Part shown: positions 9,664 through 18,630 of the stretch, in pieces
Numbering within the stretch: position 1 is the first letter of the stretch
How the letters are laid out: each line of letters begins with the position of its first letter
Assembly: GCA_913043225.1 (NCBI GenBank)
Contig: CAJWLU010000005.1
Coordinates: 143,797 to 207,796 of the forward strand
Length of the DNA: 64,000 bases
DNA from: an uncultured Acidobacteriota bacterium
GTDB lineage: Bacteria > Acidobacteriota > Vicinamibacteria > Vicinamibacterales > UBA8438
Direction: 5' to 3'
Notes under the pieces: model-generated
What the model was told of the DNA's origin: nothing
Database searches by the model: none
Seen by the model: the letters and a program-made list of their open reading frames with translations, nothing else
Position numbers and translations under genes: made by a program

Positions 9664-11100
9664 ATGCCGACCGTAGTCTGCCGGCTCGCCTCCATTGCGG
9701 GCCTAGCCCTAACGGCGGCCTGCGGTCCAACGGCCGGCGACACCTCAGAGACCGCGCCGATCCAACCGGCCTCGGCCGCGATAGCCCCTGACGGGGTTGC
9801 CGCCGTCACCGGAGGACATACCCGGGCTGTCTGGATTCAGGACCAGGGCGATGGCACCGACATCCTCGGATTCGGTAATCAGGTGACGATCGTCGGCTTC
9901 GACAGCGATGACGGACAGGGGGAACGGGCGATCGTGGCCGCTGCGGGAACGTTTGCTAAGCCGCTGTTCACCCGCAATGGCGACCGGGTCATCTATGCCG
10001 ACCGGACCAATGACGCGGTGCGGGTCGTAAATTTCGATGGCACGGACGACCGTCGCGTCACCACCGGCTTCCCCCTTGCCACCTGGATCGATCCAGAAAG
10101 CAGCGTCGAGTGGGTGTACGTCGGTACCGCGCCGCAAGGTACCGACCCGGAATCGTATGGCCAGGTCCACCGGCACCAGATCGACCAGCCGGACCAGCCG
10201 GAACTTGTCTGGGACCGCAGGTCGGTCAGTGGCGACAGCTTCCAGGTGTCACGGGACGGCCGTCTCGCCGGCGCCCTCGCGCGGTGGCCCGAGGCTGGGC
10301 TGCTCGAGCTGCCCAACGGTGAGTGGCATCCGCTGGGCGAAGGCTGCTGGACCTCTCTAGCGGCCGACGACAGCGGGCTGTTCTGGTACTTCGACGGCCA
10401 GCACCGAAATCTCACCATCGTGGACAACGACGCCGATGACCGCTGGACCGTCAACATCAACAGCGCCCCGGGCATCGACGGCTTCGAGGTCTACCATCCA
10501 CGCTGGTCGAATCATCCGCGTTTTCTGGTCATGACCGGACCCTACACGGAGGGGGGCGGAGGCAACAAGATCCGCGGCGGCGGCCAAGGGGTGGAGATTC
10601 ACGTGGGCCGCTTCTCTGCCGATCATCGCCGGGTGGAGGCCTGGACCCGGATCTCGACCAACGACGTCGCCGACTTCTACCCTGACGTATGGATTGCACC
10701 GGACGTCGCCGTGCCGTCGAGCCCCACGACGGCTGCCGGCGAGGGCGTGGCCGATGTCACAGCCGACGCTCCGATCTTGGTGGCGGTACGGGTCACCCAA
10801 TCGGTACCCCTACCCTCGCCAGCCGATATCGCCCCTTACCGCAACGGTCTTCTCGTCCTCGAGTACGACGTCGTGGAGATCATTGACGGGACCTACTCGG
10901 AGGACACCGTACTCGCCGCGCACTGGATCATCGCGGACGGAGAGACGCTCGTCGCGGCTCGTCGCCCTGCTGGAACAACGCTCCGACTTCGCCTCGAGCC
11001 CTACACCGCGCACCCCGAGCTCGAAGGTGAGCGCCTGGTGATGAACAGCGACCGCTTTGATCTCCCTCTCCTCTACGACGTCGCCTCGGATCCACGGTGA
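9664..11100 (+). CDS. Lipoprotein, TolB/PD40-like beta-propeller plus C-terminal beta domain
   Basis: Lipobox LTAAC after MPT start; propeller-like motifs (KPLFTRNG, YHPRWSNHP, YPDVW); TG.TACAAT -10 near 9574-9582. Confidence 0.65.
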   Translation: MPTVVCRLASIAGLALTAACGPTAGDTSETAPIQPASAAIAPDGVAAVTGGHTRAVWIQDQGDGTDILGFGNQVTIVGFDSDDGQGERAIVAAAGTFAKPLFTRNGDRVIYADRTNDAVRVVNFDGTDDRRVTTGFPLATWIDPESSVEWVYVGTAPQGTDPESYGQVHRHQIDQPDQPELVWDRRSVSGDSFQVSRDGRLAGALARWPEAGLLELPNGEWHPLGEGCWTSLAADDSGLFWYFDGQHRNLTIVDNDADDRWTVNINSAPGIDGFEVYHPRWSNHPRFLVMTGPYTEGGGGNKIRGGGQGVEIHVGRFSADHRRVEAWTRISTNDVADFYPDVWIAPDVAVPSSPTTAAGEGVADVTADAPILVAVRVTQSVPLPSPADIAPYRNGLLVLEYDVVEIIDGTYSEDTVLAAHWIIADGETLVAARRPAGTTLRLRLEPYTAHPELEGERLVMNSDRFDLPLLYDVASDPR

Positions 11101-12149
11101 TGGGTCTCAGCAGCGCCAGGACCCGGCTCCTGCGGGTGACGGGCGCCGGAGCAGCGGCGTCCATCCTGTGGGCTGGATGCGGCGGCGGGACACCCCTCGA
11201 CGAGCTGCTGCCTTCGTTTCGGTCCGAACTGACCCGGCTGGCGCAAGACGCCAAGCAGCGACCTGATGGGGCCGTGATCGGGGTCGACGGCTGGCATTTT
11301 CACGGCCCGGAACTCGCCAACGTGGGTGCGCCGCCGCGCCGGCCGGATGCGGCCACCCGTACCGTTCTCGACGTGAAAGCGCAGCTCGATTCTGTCGGTG
11401 TCGAGTTGTTGCTGGTGCCAATCCCGTCCAAGTCGATCATCTTTCCCGAAAAAGTGGCCTCCGAACTTGAGATTCCGATTCCCGTTCCACGATTCGACCC
11501 GGAGCTGCAAGCCGTCTACGAAACACTGCGAGCGGCCGGCGTCGAGGTGCTGGATCTAACCCGACGGTTCATTCGGGAACGGTTCCACCCGGAAGGTCCA
11601 CTATTCTGTCGCACCGACCGTCACTGGTCTGGCACCGGCTGCACCGAGGCTGCATCTGCTATCGGGGAATGGGTCCGGGACCGCGCGTGGTTCGACGAGC
11701 TGACGACCGAGGAGTTCGGCGCGGCCTGGTACAGCACGACCATCGAGGGTGACCTGGCCACGACAGACACGTCCGAGCGTGAGGAACTGCGGCTCCGGGG
11801 GATCGTCAGGAGCACGACCGAGGGGCCTGTCTCCCCGGCACCGGACCGTGCGAGCCCGATTATCCTGCTGGGCGACAGGCACTCGCTGGTCTTCCATTCG
11901 GGCGTGGGCATCGAGGTGCGCGGGGCCGGTCTGCCCGAACAGCTAGCTTTCGAGTTGGGTGCGGCGGTGGACCTGGTAGCGGAAGCGGACGACTTGGGTA
12001 CTGCCCGTGGGCGTCAGCGCCTGTCCGACCGAGCGGGAACCGAAGAAGGTTTTTGGGCGTCCAAGCGACTAGTGATCTGGTGCTTCGCGTCCAGCAGCCT
12101 CGCCAACGACCAGGGATGGACCCCGACTCGGCTCGTCCCCGAGGCCTAG
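11097..12149 (+). CDS. AlgX/AlgJ-like SGNH O-acetyltransferase homologue (lipoprotein; nucleophile Ser appears substituted)
   Basis: G.DGW.F, LLVPIPSK..IFPE, RTDRHWS, LLGDRHS, VIWCF motifs; overlaps stop of upstream gene; WAGC lipobox. Confidence 0.75.
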   Translation: MMGLSSARTRLLRVTGAGAAASILWAGCGGGTPLDELLPSFRSELTRLAQDAKQRPDGAVIGVDGWHFHGPELANVGAPPRRPDAATRTVLDVKAQLDSVGVELLLVPIPSKSIIFPEKVASELEIPIPVPRFDPELQAVYETLRAAGVEVLDLTRRFIRERFHPEGPLFCRTDRHWSGTGCTEAASAIGEWVRDRAWFDELTTEEFGAAWYSTTIEGDLATTDTSEREELRLRGIVRSTTEGPVSPAPDRASPIILLGDRHSLVFHSGVGIEVRGAGLPEQLAFELGAAVDLVAEADDLGTARGRQRLSDRAGTEEGFWASKRLVIWCFASSSLANDQGWTPTRLVPEA

Positions 12150-12361
12150 CGAATCTCCGGGACCGTGTCCCGAACCAAAAAACGAAAGGTGGCGAACGCA
12201 CCCACCACAGCGGCGCCCTTCGGACGAATCATCTTCCGGCGGCTGCAGCAGCGTTTCGGTACAATGCGCACATCGAACGTCGAGGCCCCATCGATGCGTT
12301 GCTTACTCCCCGAGTGTCAGGGTACCGCCACGAACGTGGCCGTCTACGCCAGGGTCGCGCC

Positions 12362-13453
12362 ATGCGTCTAAGTCGGCGGCGTGTACTCCAGGCCGGCTTG
12401 ACTCTGGGCGGACTAGCGGCAACGTCACGGCTGACCGCGGCATCAGCTGCGCTCCGGGCTCAGACCCGCTGCCTGGTCGGCGATCTGAACATCGAGATCC
12501 GACGACTCCTCGACGCCCCAATCATCTACCCCGATCTCGACGGCGGCATCGGCACCAATATCCAGGGACCATCGCTCATCGAGGTCCCGGACTGGGTGCC
12601 CCGCCCCCTGGGCCGTTACTACCTGTATTTCGCCGACCACAAGGGCTCGTATATCCGACTGGCGTTTGCCGACGAGCTTGACGGCCCTTGGTCCATTCAC
12701 CCTCCAGGGGCGCTCGACCTGGATCGGTCGCATTTCCTGGCCACTCCGGCGCCGGTGTCGGACGAAGAGCGTGCCCGCCTTGAGGCGGCACCATCACGCG
12801 GCGAGGGCGTCCCCTCAGCGCTCTTCACCGCTACCCAGCCGCACCTAGCCTCGCCCGACGTACATGTGCGGCGGGACCGGCGGCAGATCGTGATGTACTA
12901 CCATGGGCTTGAGGGCCTAAGCCTTCAACGCACACGCGTGGCCACGTCTCCTGACGGACTGCGCTTCACTGCCAGGCCGGAGCTGCTCGGCCGCTCCTAC
13001 TTCCGTGCGTTTCCCTACCGCGGGTACTGGTATGCCCTGTCCATGCCGGGCGTCATCTACCGCTCCAGGGACGGCTTGAGCGGCTTCGAGGAAGGTCCGA
13101 CACTGTTCGAGCCGACGATGCGCCATGCAGCCGTCCTGCGACGCCGTAACCGGCTGTTCGTGTTCTGGTCCAACGTGGGCGATAACCCGGAACGGATCCT
13201 GCTCAGCACGATCGAGCTCTCGGACGACTGGCGAAACTGGACGGCCGAGGGCCAGCGTGAGGTCCTGCGGCCGGAATGGGCCTGGGAGGGTGCCGAGCTT
13301 CCGCGCGATCCGTCTGTCCGTGACGCCATCAACATCCGGGTGAATCAGGTCCGCGACCCTGCAATCTACGTCGAGAATGACCGGGTCTACCTGCTCTACT
13401 CGGTCGCGGGCGAAGCGGGCATCGGGATCGCGGAACTCACCCTACGCTGCTGA
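12362..13453 (+). CDS. Tat-exported five-bladed beta-propeller glycoside hydrolase-like protein
   Basis: Twin-arginine signal MRLSRRRVL; YYLYFADHKG, HLASPDV, RDPAI...YLLYSVAGE motifs. Confidence 0.65.
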   Translation: MRLSRRRVLQAGLTLGGLAATSRLTAASAALRAQTRCLVGDLNIEIRRLLDAPIIYPDLDGGIGTNIQGPSLIEVPDWVPRPLGRYYLYFADHKGSYIRLAFADELDGPWSIHPPGALDLDRSHFLATPAPVSDEERARLEAAPSRGEGVPSALFTATQPHLASPDVHVRRDRRQIVMYYHGLEGLSLQRTRVATSPDGLRFTARPELLGRSYFRAFPYRGYWYALSMPGVIYRSRDGLSGFEEGPTLFEPTMRHAAVLRRRNRLFVFWSNVGDNPERILLSTIELSDDWRNWTAEGQREVLRPEWAWEGAELPRDPSVRDAINIRVNQVRDPAIYVENDRVYLLYSVAGEAGIGIAELTLRC

Positions 13454-13530
13454 CCTTTCCCCGCGCAGGCCCCAGAGAACCTCTCGGACCATGGCCCCGA
13501 TCCAGTTGCCCGGGTGACGACACGGGGCAT

Positions 13531-14268
13531 CTAGAAGTCGGTCCGACGCAGAACCCAGGTTGGGAGCGAGCGGATGATCAACATCACCAGACGCCAGACC
13601 GGCGGAACATAGGCCACGCTCGCCCCACGATCGATCGCCCGCAGGGCTCCGCGCGCCGCCTCATCAGGTCCAACCGCGAAGGGCGGCTCGTCGAGCGCTG
13701 CCGTCATGCTCGTCCGGACAAACCCCGGCTTGATCAGCACCGTCCGCAGCCCGGCCTCTCGATACCGCAGGTCCACCCCTTCGAGATAGGACGACAGGCC
13801 GGCCTTGGCCGCCCCGTAGAGCACCACCTTTTTCCGGGCGCGGTCACCGGCGACCGAGCTGAAGACGCAGAGTGTTCCGCCCCCATCGGCGAGGAGCCGC
13901 ATCCGCACCTGCTCGCAAAATTCGACGGTGTTCGCGAAATCCACCGACAGTACTCTCTGGCGAAGTACCGCGTCTGCCTCCAGTGACTCCTGCGTACCAA
14001 ACAAGCCGGCGGTCACCACGACGGTATCGACGCCCTCAAGCCCGGCCCACGCCGCGTCGAGGGCAGCCTCGAACCCGGAGCGGCTCTCCAGATCGCAGAA
14101 CGCGGTCCCCACGGACCCGGACGCGCCACGCGCGGTGAGATCGGCCGCCGTCACCTCAAGTGCCGACTCGTCTCGCCCGAGCAGGAAGAGCTGATCGCCC
14201 CGTTCGACCATCAGACGAGCCAGGGAGCGCCCCATCCCCCGCGTCGCACCGATCAGGAGCGCCTTCAT
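13531..14268 (-). CDS. SDR oxidoreductase, DprE2-like
   Basis: GATRGMG, SSVAGDRAR, YGAAK, IKPGFVRT; 4-bp overlap with the DprE1-like gene. Confidence 0.8.
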   Translation of the reverse strand: MKALLIGATRGMGRSLARLMVERGDQLFLLGRDESALEVTAADLTARGASGSVGTAFCDLESRSGFEAALDAAWAGLEGVDTVVVTAGLFGTQESLEADAVLRQRVLSVDFANTVEFCEQVRMRLLADGGGTLCVFSSVAGDRARKKVVLYGAAKAGLSSYLEGVDLRYREAGLRTVLIKPGFVRTSMTAALDEPPFAVGPDEAARGALRAIDRGASVAYVPPVWRLVMLIIRSLPTWVLRRTDF

Positions 14269-15593
14269 ATCGGATCTCCGAATAGACGTACCGACAGCGC
14301 ACTCCGGATCCGCGCCTCCGGATCCCAGCGGCGCCGCACTGCCTGCCACGCTGAGAGGCGTGGCTCCATGGCCCGAAAATGCTCAGGCCGGGTCAGGGTG
14401 TCCTTCGCGAGATAGACCCGTCCACCCACGCCGGCGACAAAGTCGTTCATGGCATCCACCGCGACTTGGGTGCGATCCGTGATCGGCAGATCAACGGCGA
14501 TCGAGAGTCCCGCCTTCGGAAACGACAGCATCCCCTTACCCTCTCCTCCGAAGTCTTTCAGCACACAGAGCAACGGCACCGCCCCGCGTTGCACCATAAT
14601 GTCGAGCACCCGCCGGCAACCCTCGACGCCCGCGCTCGTAGGCAGCACGACCTGATACTGCGTGAACCCGGCCCGCGGATAAAGTCGGTTCAACCAGCCC
14701 ACCACGTCCAGGGGATAGAAGAACGCATCGGGATGAACGATGCCACGACGATACAGCCGCCGGCTCCAGTATCTCGCGATGTTGGCTAGCCGCATCGTCG
14801 TACCTGAGATGAGCGGAAACACGAACGGGATCGCAGGCGGAAACCGGGGCGCGGGGAGCCGAGAAGGCGCCTCGCCAGGGTCGGCGCGACGTCCCCGCTC
14901 GACCACCCCTCGCCCGAACGCGCTTCCCCCGGCCAACAGATCGATCCAGGCCAAGGTGTGCGGCCACTCGGAACCAGCCGACCGAAGCGCCTCGACGGTC
15001 GACTCGAGGTCACCGTAACCCTGCGACTCGGCCAAGACCCAGCCCGATGGCATCGGCCGCAGCTGAAACTCCACCTCGAGCAGGTGCCCGGTCAACCCCA
15101 TACCGCCGAGCGTCGCTCGAAAGAGCTCCGGCTGCTCGTCCTCCGAAACCTCGAGAATACGTTCGTCGGCAACCCGCATTCGAACCGAACGCACGTGCTC
15201 TCCGAAGCATCCCTCGCTATGGTGGCTCTTGCCGTGCACATCGGCCGCCACCATACCGCCTAGCGTCACTTGCTGGGTACCAGGCGACGAGGGCACGCTC
15301 CAGCCCCGCGGCCAAAACACGCGGTTGAGCGTGGCCAGCGACACCCCGGCTTCGGCCCGCACGACCCCGCGCTCGGCATCGAACCAGCAGAAGCGGTCCG
15401 CCGCGGTAGTCACCGCGAGGGTGCCGTCGATCGTGCCGGGCAATGAAGCATCGCCGTAGGACCGCCCTAGGCCCCTCGACAGTGTCGCCCCTCGCGTGAT
15501 CGCTTCAAGGTTCTCCGAACGGCGGTGACGCGCCACAACCACCGGATGCCTGCCCCATCCACTCAACGCCCCCCGCTGTCCTTCCACCGTCAT
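14265..15593 (-). CDS. FAD-binding oxidoreductase, DprE1-like (decaprenylphosphoryl-ribose oxidase family)
   Basis: RGLGRSYGDA, PGTQQVTLGGMVAADVHGKSHH, GGMGLTG, FFYPLD, GFTQYQ, LSFP, GGRVYLAKD, WDP...SALS.RL. Confidence 0.88.
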   Translation of the reverse strand: MTVEGQRGALSGWGRHPVVVARHRRSENLEAITRGATLSRGLGRSYGDASLPGTIDGTLAVTTAADRFCWFDAERGVVRAEAGVSLATLNRVFWPRGWSVPSSPGTQQVTLGGMVAADVHGKSHHSEGCFGEHVRSVRMRVADERILEVSEDEQPELFRATLGGMGLTGHLLEVEFQLRPMPSGWVLAESQGYGDLESTVEALRSAGSEWPHTLAWIDLLAGGSAFGRGVVERGRRADPGEAPSRLPAPRFPPAIPFVFPLISGTTMRLANIARYWSRRLYRRGIVHPDAFFYPLDVVGWLNRLYPRAGFTQYQVVLPTSAGVEGCRRVLDIMVQRGAVPLLCVLKDFGGEGKGMLSFPKAGLSIAVDLPITDRTQVAVDAMNDFVAGVGGRVYLAKDTLTRPEHFRAMEPRLSAWQAVRRRWDPEARIRSALSVRLFGDPI

Positions 15594-15613
15594 ACCTGGC
15601 TCCGTCGCACCAT

Positions 15614-15961
15614 TTACGGTGTGGGTCGCATCTCCCCGAGCAGGTCGCGGTGATCAGGATCGACCGAGGACAGATTCCGCAGCGACTGTCCCTCAAGGTA
15701 CTCCGTGGCAATAAACAGCCGACGGTTCGCCTCGTCCACATCGAGGACCGTGCAAATGTTGGGGTGCCTGAGTGACGAGGAAGGGCGGGCCTCCCGCTTG
15801 AAGCGGCGGAGCGCGACCCGCTCCCTCGCCATCGACGGCTTCAGCGCCTTGACCGCCCAGCCGTCTGGCAGACGGGTATCCCGGGCTTTGTGGACCTCGC
15901 CCATGCCCCGACTGCCGAGCGTGGCAATGAGGTAGTAGTGTCCGATCTGCTGCCCGATCAT
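15614..15961 (-). pseudogene. Truncated Hanks-type Ser/Thr kinase (N-lobe only)
   Basis: LGSRGMGEVHKARDTRL, AVK, RFKREAR, HPNICTV, EYLEGQSL, then stop; no DFG/APE; several degenerate positions. Confidence 0.8.
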
Positions 15962-16167
15962 CAGACGATTGATCCAGAGCGCCGTCCCGGCGCCTCGCTG
16001 GAGGAAGGGGCCATTCTACTGCACCGCACCACCGCCACTCGCCGTTAGCGTTTGTCTTGCGCGAGTGGCTTCACAGCGAGCTGTTCGGCAAGATGGGCCC
16101 ATTGGTTGTAGGCGCCGAGACACCGGGAGGCATCTCCGCCGGATGGCGGGCTGGACCGACTGCCCCA

Positions 16168-16980
16168 CTAGAGTGTGTCGAAGGGGTCAGGAACGGTTGG
16201 CTCGCGTGAGCGGAGCACCTTAGCGGGAACACCTGCGGCAATCACAAGCGGCGGGATCTGTCCTCGCACCACCGCGCCGGCGCCGATGATCGCGTCGTGG
16301 CCCACCGTGGCGCCATCGGAGATCACGACGTGGGCACCCAACCAGACGTTGTCGTCCACCTCGATCCCCTGTGCCACACGTCCCTGGTCGAGCACCGGGA
16401 TATCGGTGCGGTCGTGCAGGTGGTCCCCCCCCACCAGGTAGGTGTAGGCCGCGACCAGTGTGTTCTTTCCGAGGCGTACGTGGCCGCCGGAGAAGATCTC
16501 GCAATTGAACCCAATATTGGCCCGATCGTCGACCTCGATGTCGCCGTTCTTGCAGCTCAGGATCGTGTTGCGCCCGACGAAGACACCGTTGCCGATCGTA
16601 ATCCCGTCGTTGTCGTTGCCCTTGGCATCGAGCAAACAGTTGTCGTCGATGTAGACGTCGTCGCCGATCCGGATCTTGTGGGGGTGCCGGAGGATGACGT
16701 TCTGCCCGAAAATAACATTACGGCCGACGCGTCCCAGTACCAGCGGATACAGCTTCGAGCGCAGGAACAACCCGGGAGCCCCGGGCAGCCACGAACACAG
16801 GTTCATCACCGTCTCGTAGCGCACCAGCGCCACCAACCCTGGCCGTCCGACCGCCAGCGTCGCGTAGCGCTGAACCTTGCTCTGCCCGGGCGCGAACAGT
16901 TCCTCTTGAATGACGGTGATCTTGCGCGGCGATGGCGGGGTGGCGGGGTCGGCGCCGGCGCTGGAGGAATCTGGAGCCAC
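16168..16980 (-). CDS. Hexapeptide-repeat (LbH) acyltransferase
   Basis: Hexapeptide repeats; NVWLGAHVVI, IIGAGAVV, AGVPAK. Confidence 0.88.
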   Translation of the reverse strand: MAPDSSSAGADPATPPSPRKITVIQEELFAPGQSKVQRYATLAVGRPGLVALVRYETVMNLCSWLPGAPGLFLRSKLYPLVLGRVGRNVIFGQNVILRHPHKIRIGDDVYIDDNCLLDAKGNDNDGITIGNGVFVGRNTILSCKNGDIEVDDRANIGFNCEIFSGGHVRLGKNTLVAAYTYLVGGDHLHDRTDIPVLDQGRVAQGIEVDDNVWLGAHVVISDGATVGHDAIIGAGAVVRGQIPPLVIAAGVPAKVLRSREPTVPDPFDTL

Positions 16981-17098
16981 GACGGTGTTCGCGGGCGGAA
17001 GCGGACACCGAACTCCCCTCCCGGCCGACGTGAGCGGAGTATATCACGCACGTGATATCCTCTTTCTTTACTTCGAGATCCGGGGGAACATACCTATT

Positions 17099-17602
17099 AT
17101 GATCGCGTCCGACGTTCACCTGGCCGAGGGCGTCGAGATCCGCCATCCCAACCTCGTGAATCTCTACGGATGCGAAGTGGGCACGGGCACCCGTATCGGC
17201 ACATTCGTCGAGATCCAGAAGCGAGCCACCATCGGCCAGCGCTGCAAGATTTCGTCGCACAGCTTCATCTGCTCGGGCGTCACCATCGAAGACGAGGTCT
17301 TCATCGGCCACGGCGTGATGTTTACCAACGATCTGTTCCCGCAAGCGACCTCCGGCGATGGCGCGCTCCAGACCGAGACCGATTGGAACGAGATCCCGAC
17401 CCGCGTCTGCCGCGGAGCCTCGGTCGGCAGCAATGTCACCATCCTGGCCGGAGTCACCATTGGCGCCGAGGCTCTGATCGGCGCCGGCGCGGTCGTCACC
17501 CAAGACGTGCCCCCTCACTCCATCGTGGCCGGCGTGCCCGCCCGCGTGGTGGGCGACACCCGAGAACGAGGCCCCCGCCCGTCCGGCGAGACCCCGGTCT
17601 GA
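17099..17602 (+). CDS. LbH N-acetyltransferase (WbpD/FdtC-like)
   Basis: VNLYGC.VG, FVEIQK, CKISSHSFIC.GVTIED.VFIGHGVMFTND, AGVPAR. Confidence 0.88.
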   Translation: MIASDVHLAEGVEIRHPNLVNLYGCEVGTGTRIGTFVEIQKRATIGQRCKISSHSFICSGVTIEDEVFIGHGVMFTNDLFPQATSGDGALQTETDWNEIPTRVCRGASVGSNVTILAGVTIGAEALIGAGAVVTQDVPPHSIVAGVPARVVGDTRERGPRPSGETPV

Positions 17603-17604
17603 CC

Positions 17605-18630
17605 ATGGTCGGCGTAGGCGTCATCGGATACGGCTACTGGGGCCCCAACCTCGTCAGAAACTTCAGCGAGGCTGCCGGCTCCCGGGTCCTGGCGGTCAGC
17701 GATCTCTCTAGCGAGCGGCGGGATCGCGTCGAAGCACGCTATCCCGGTGTCCGAACCACGAGCGATGCCAGCGATCTCATCGCCGATCCCCAAATCGACG
17801 CCGTAGTGATCGCCACCCCTGTTTCCACGCATTTCGATCTGGTCAGGCAGGCACTCGAGGCGGGCAAGCACGTGTGGGTCGAGAAACCGCTCGCCGCCAC
17901 CAGTGAAGAAGCGCGCCGGCTCCGGGATGCCGCGGTCGCTCGCCGGCGGACGCTGATGGTGGACCACACCTTTGTTTACACCGGCGCGGTCCGCAAAATC
18001 GCCGGCCTGGTCAAAGAAGGACGACTCGGCGATCTCTACTACTACGACTCGGTGAGAGTGAACCTCGGACTGTTCCAGCCAGACGTCGACGTAATGTGGG
18101 ACCTTGCGGTCCACGACCTTTCGATCATGGACTATGTGCTCGATGCGAGACCCTGTGCCATCTCGGCCATCGGCAGCGCCCATGTCCCGGGCCGCACCGC
18201 CAACGTCGCCTACTTGACTTGCCTGTTCGACGACAGTCTCATTGCCCACTTCCACGTCAACTGGTTAGCTCCAGTCAAGGTACGACGAACCCTGATCGGA
18301 GGCGCCCGCCAGATGATCGTCTACGACGATCTCGAGCCGAGCGAGAAGGTGCGCGTCTACGATAAGGGCATCACCGTGGATCCTGGCCCCGAAGGCCGCT
18401 ACGAGATGCTCGTGAGCTACCGGACGGGCGACATGTGGGCTCCACAACTCGAGACCACCGAAGCGCTCAGCCGAGCCGCCACCCACTTCCTCGAGTCGAT
18501 CGAGACCGGCCGCGAGCCGCTCACCGGCAGCGGGGCGGGTCTCCGCGTGATCGGCATGCTTGAGGCCGCTAGCCAGTCGATGGCCCAGCAGGGGGCGCTC
18601 GTCGAGCTTCCTCGAGGAGACGACGACTGA
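17605..18630 (+). CDS. Gfo/Idh/MocA family oxidoreductase (nucleotide-sugar dehydrogenase-like)
   Basis: VIGYGYWGPN, ATPVSTH, HVWVEKP, WDLAVHD. Confidence 0.9.
   Translation: MVGVGVIGYGYWGPNLVRNFSEAAGSRVLAVSDLSSERRDRVEARYPGVRTTSDASDLIADPQIDAVVIATPVSTHFDLVRQALEAGKHVWVEKPLAATSEEARRLRDAAVARRRTLMVDHTFVYTGAVRKIAGLVKEGRLGDLYYYDSVRVNLGLFQPDVDVMWDLAVHDLSIMDYVLDARPCAISAIGSAHVPGRTANVAYLTCLFDDSLIAHFHVNWLAPVKVRRTLIGGARQMIVYDDLEPSEKVRVYDKGITVDPGPEGRYEMLVSYRTGDMWAPQLETTEALSRAATHFLESIETGREPLTGSGAGLRVIGMLEAASQSMAQQGALVELPRGDDD

Noticed and set aside
9510..9809. Long N-terminal extensions in the ORF track (asnB; also 12053, 16910, 17170, 27781, 39272, 58516, 58753)
   Set aside because: Family motifs, signal peptides and RBS positions support downstream starts; the extensions overlap neighbouring genes
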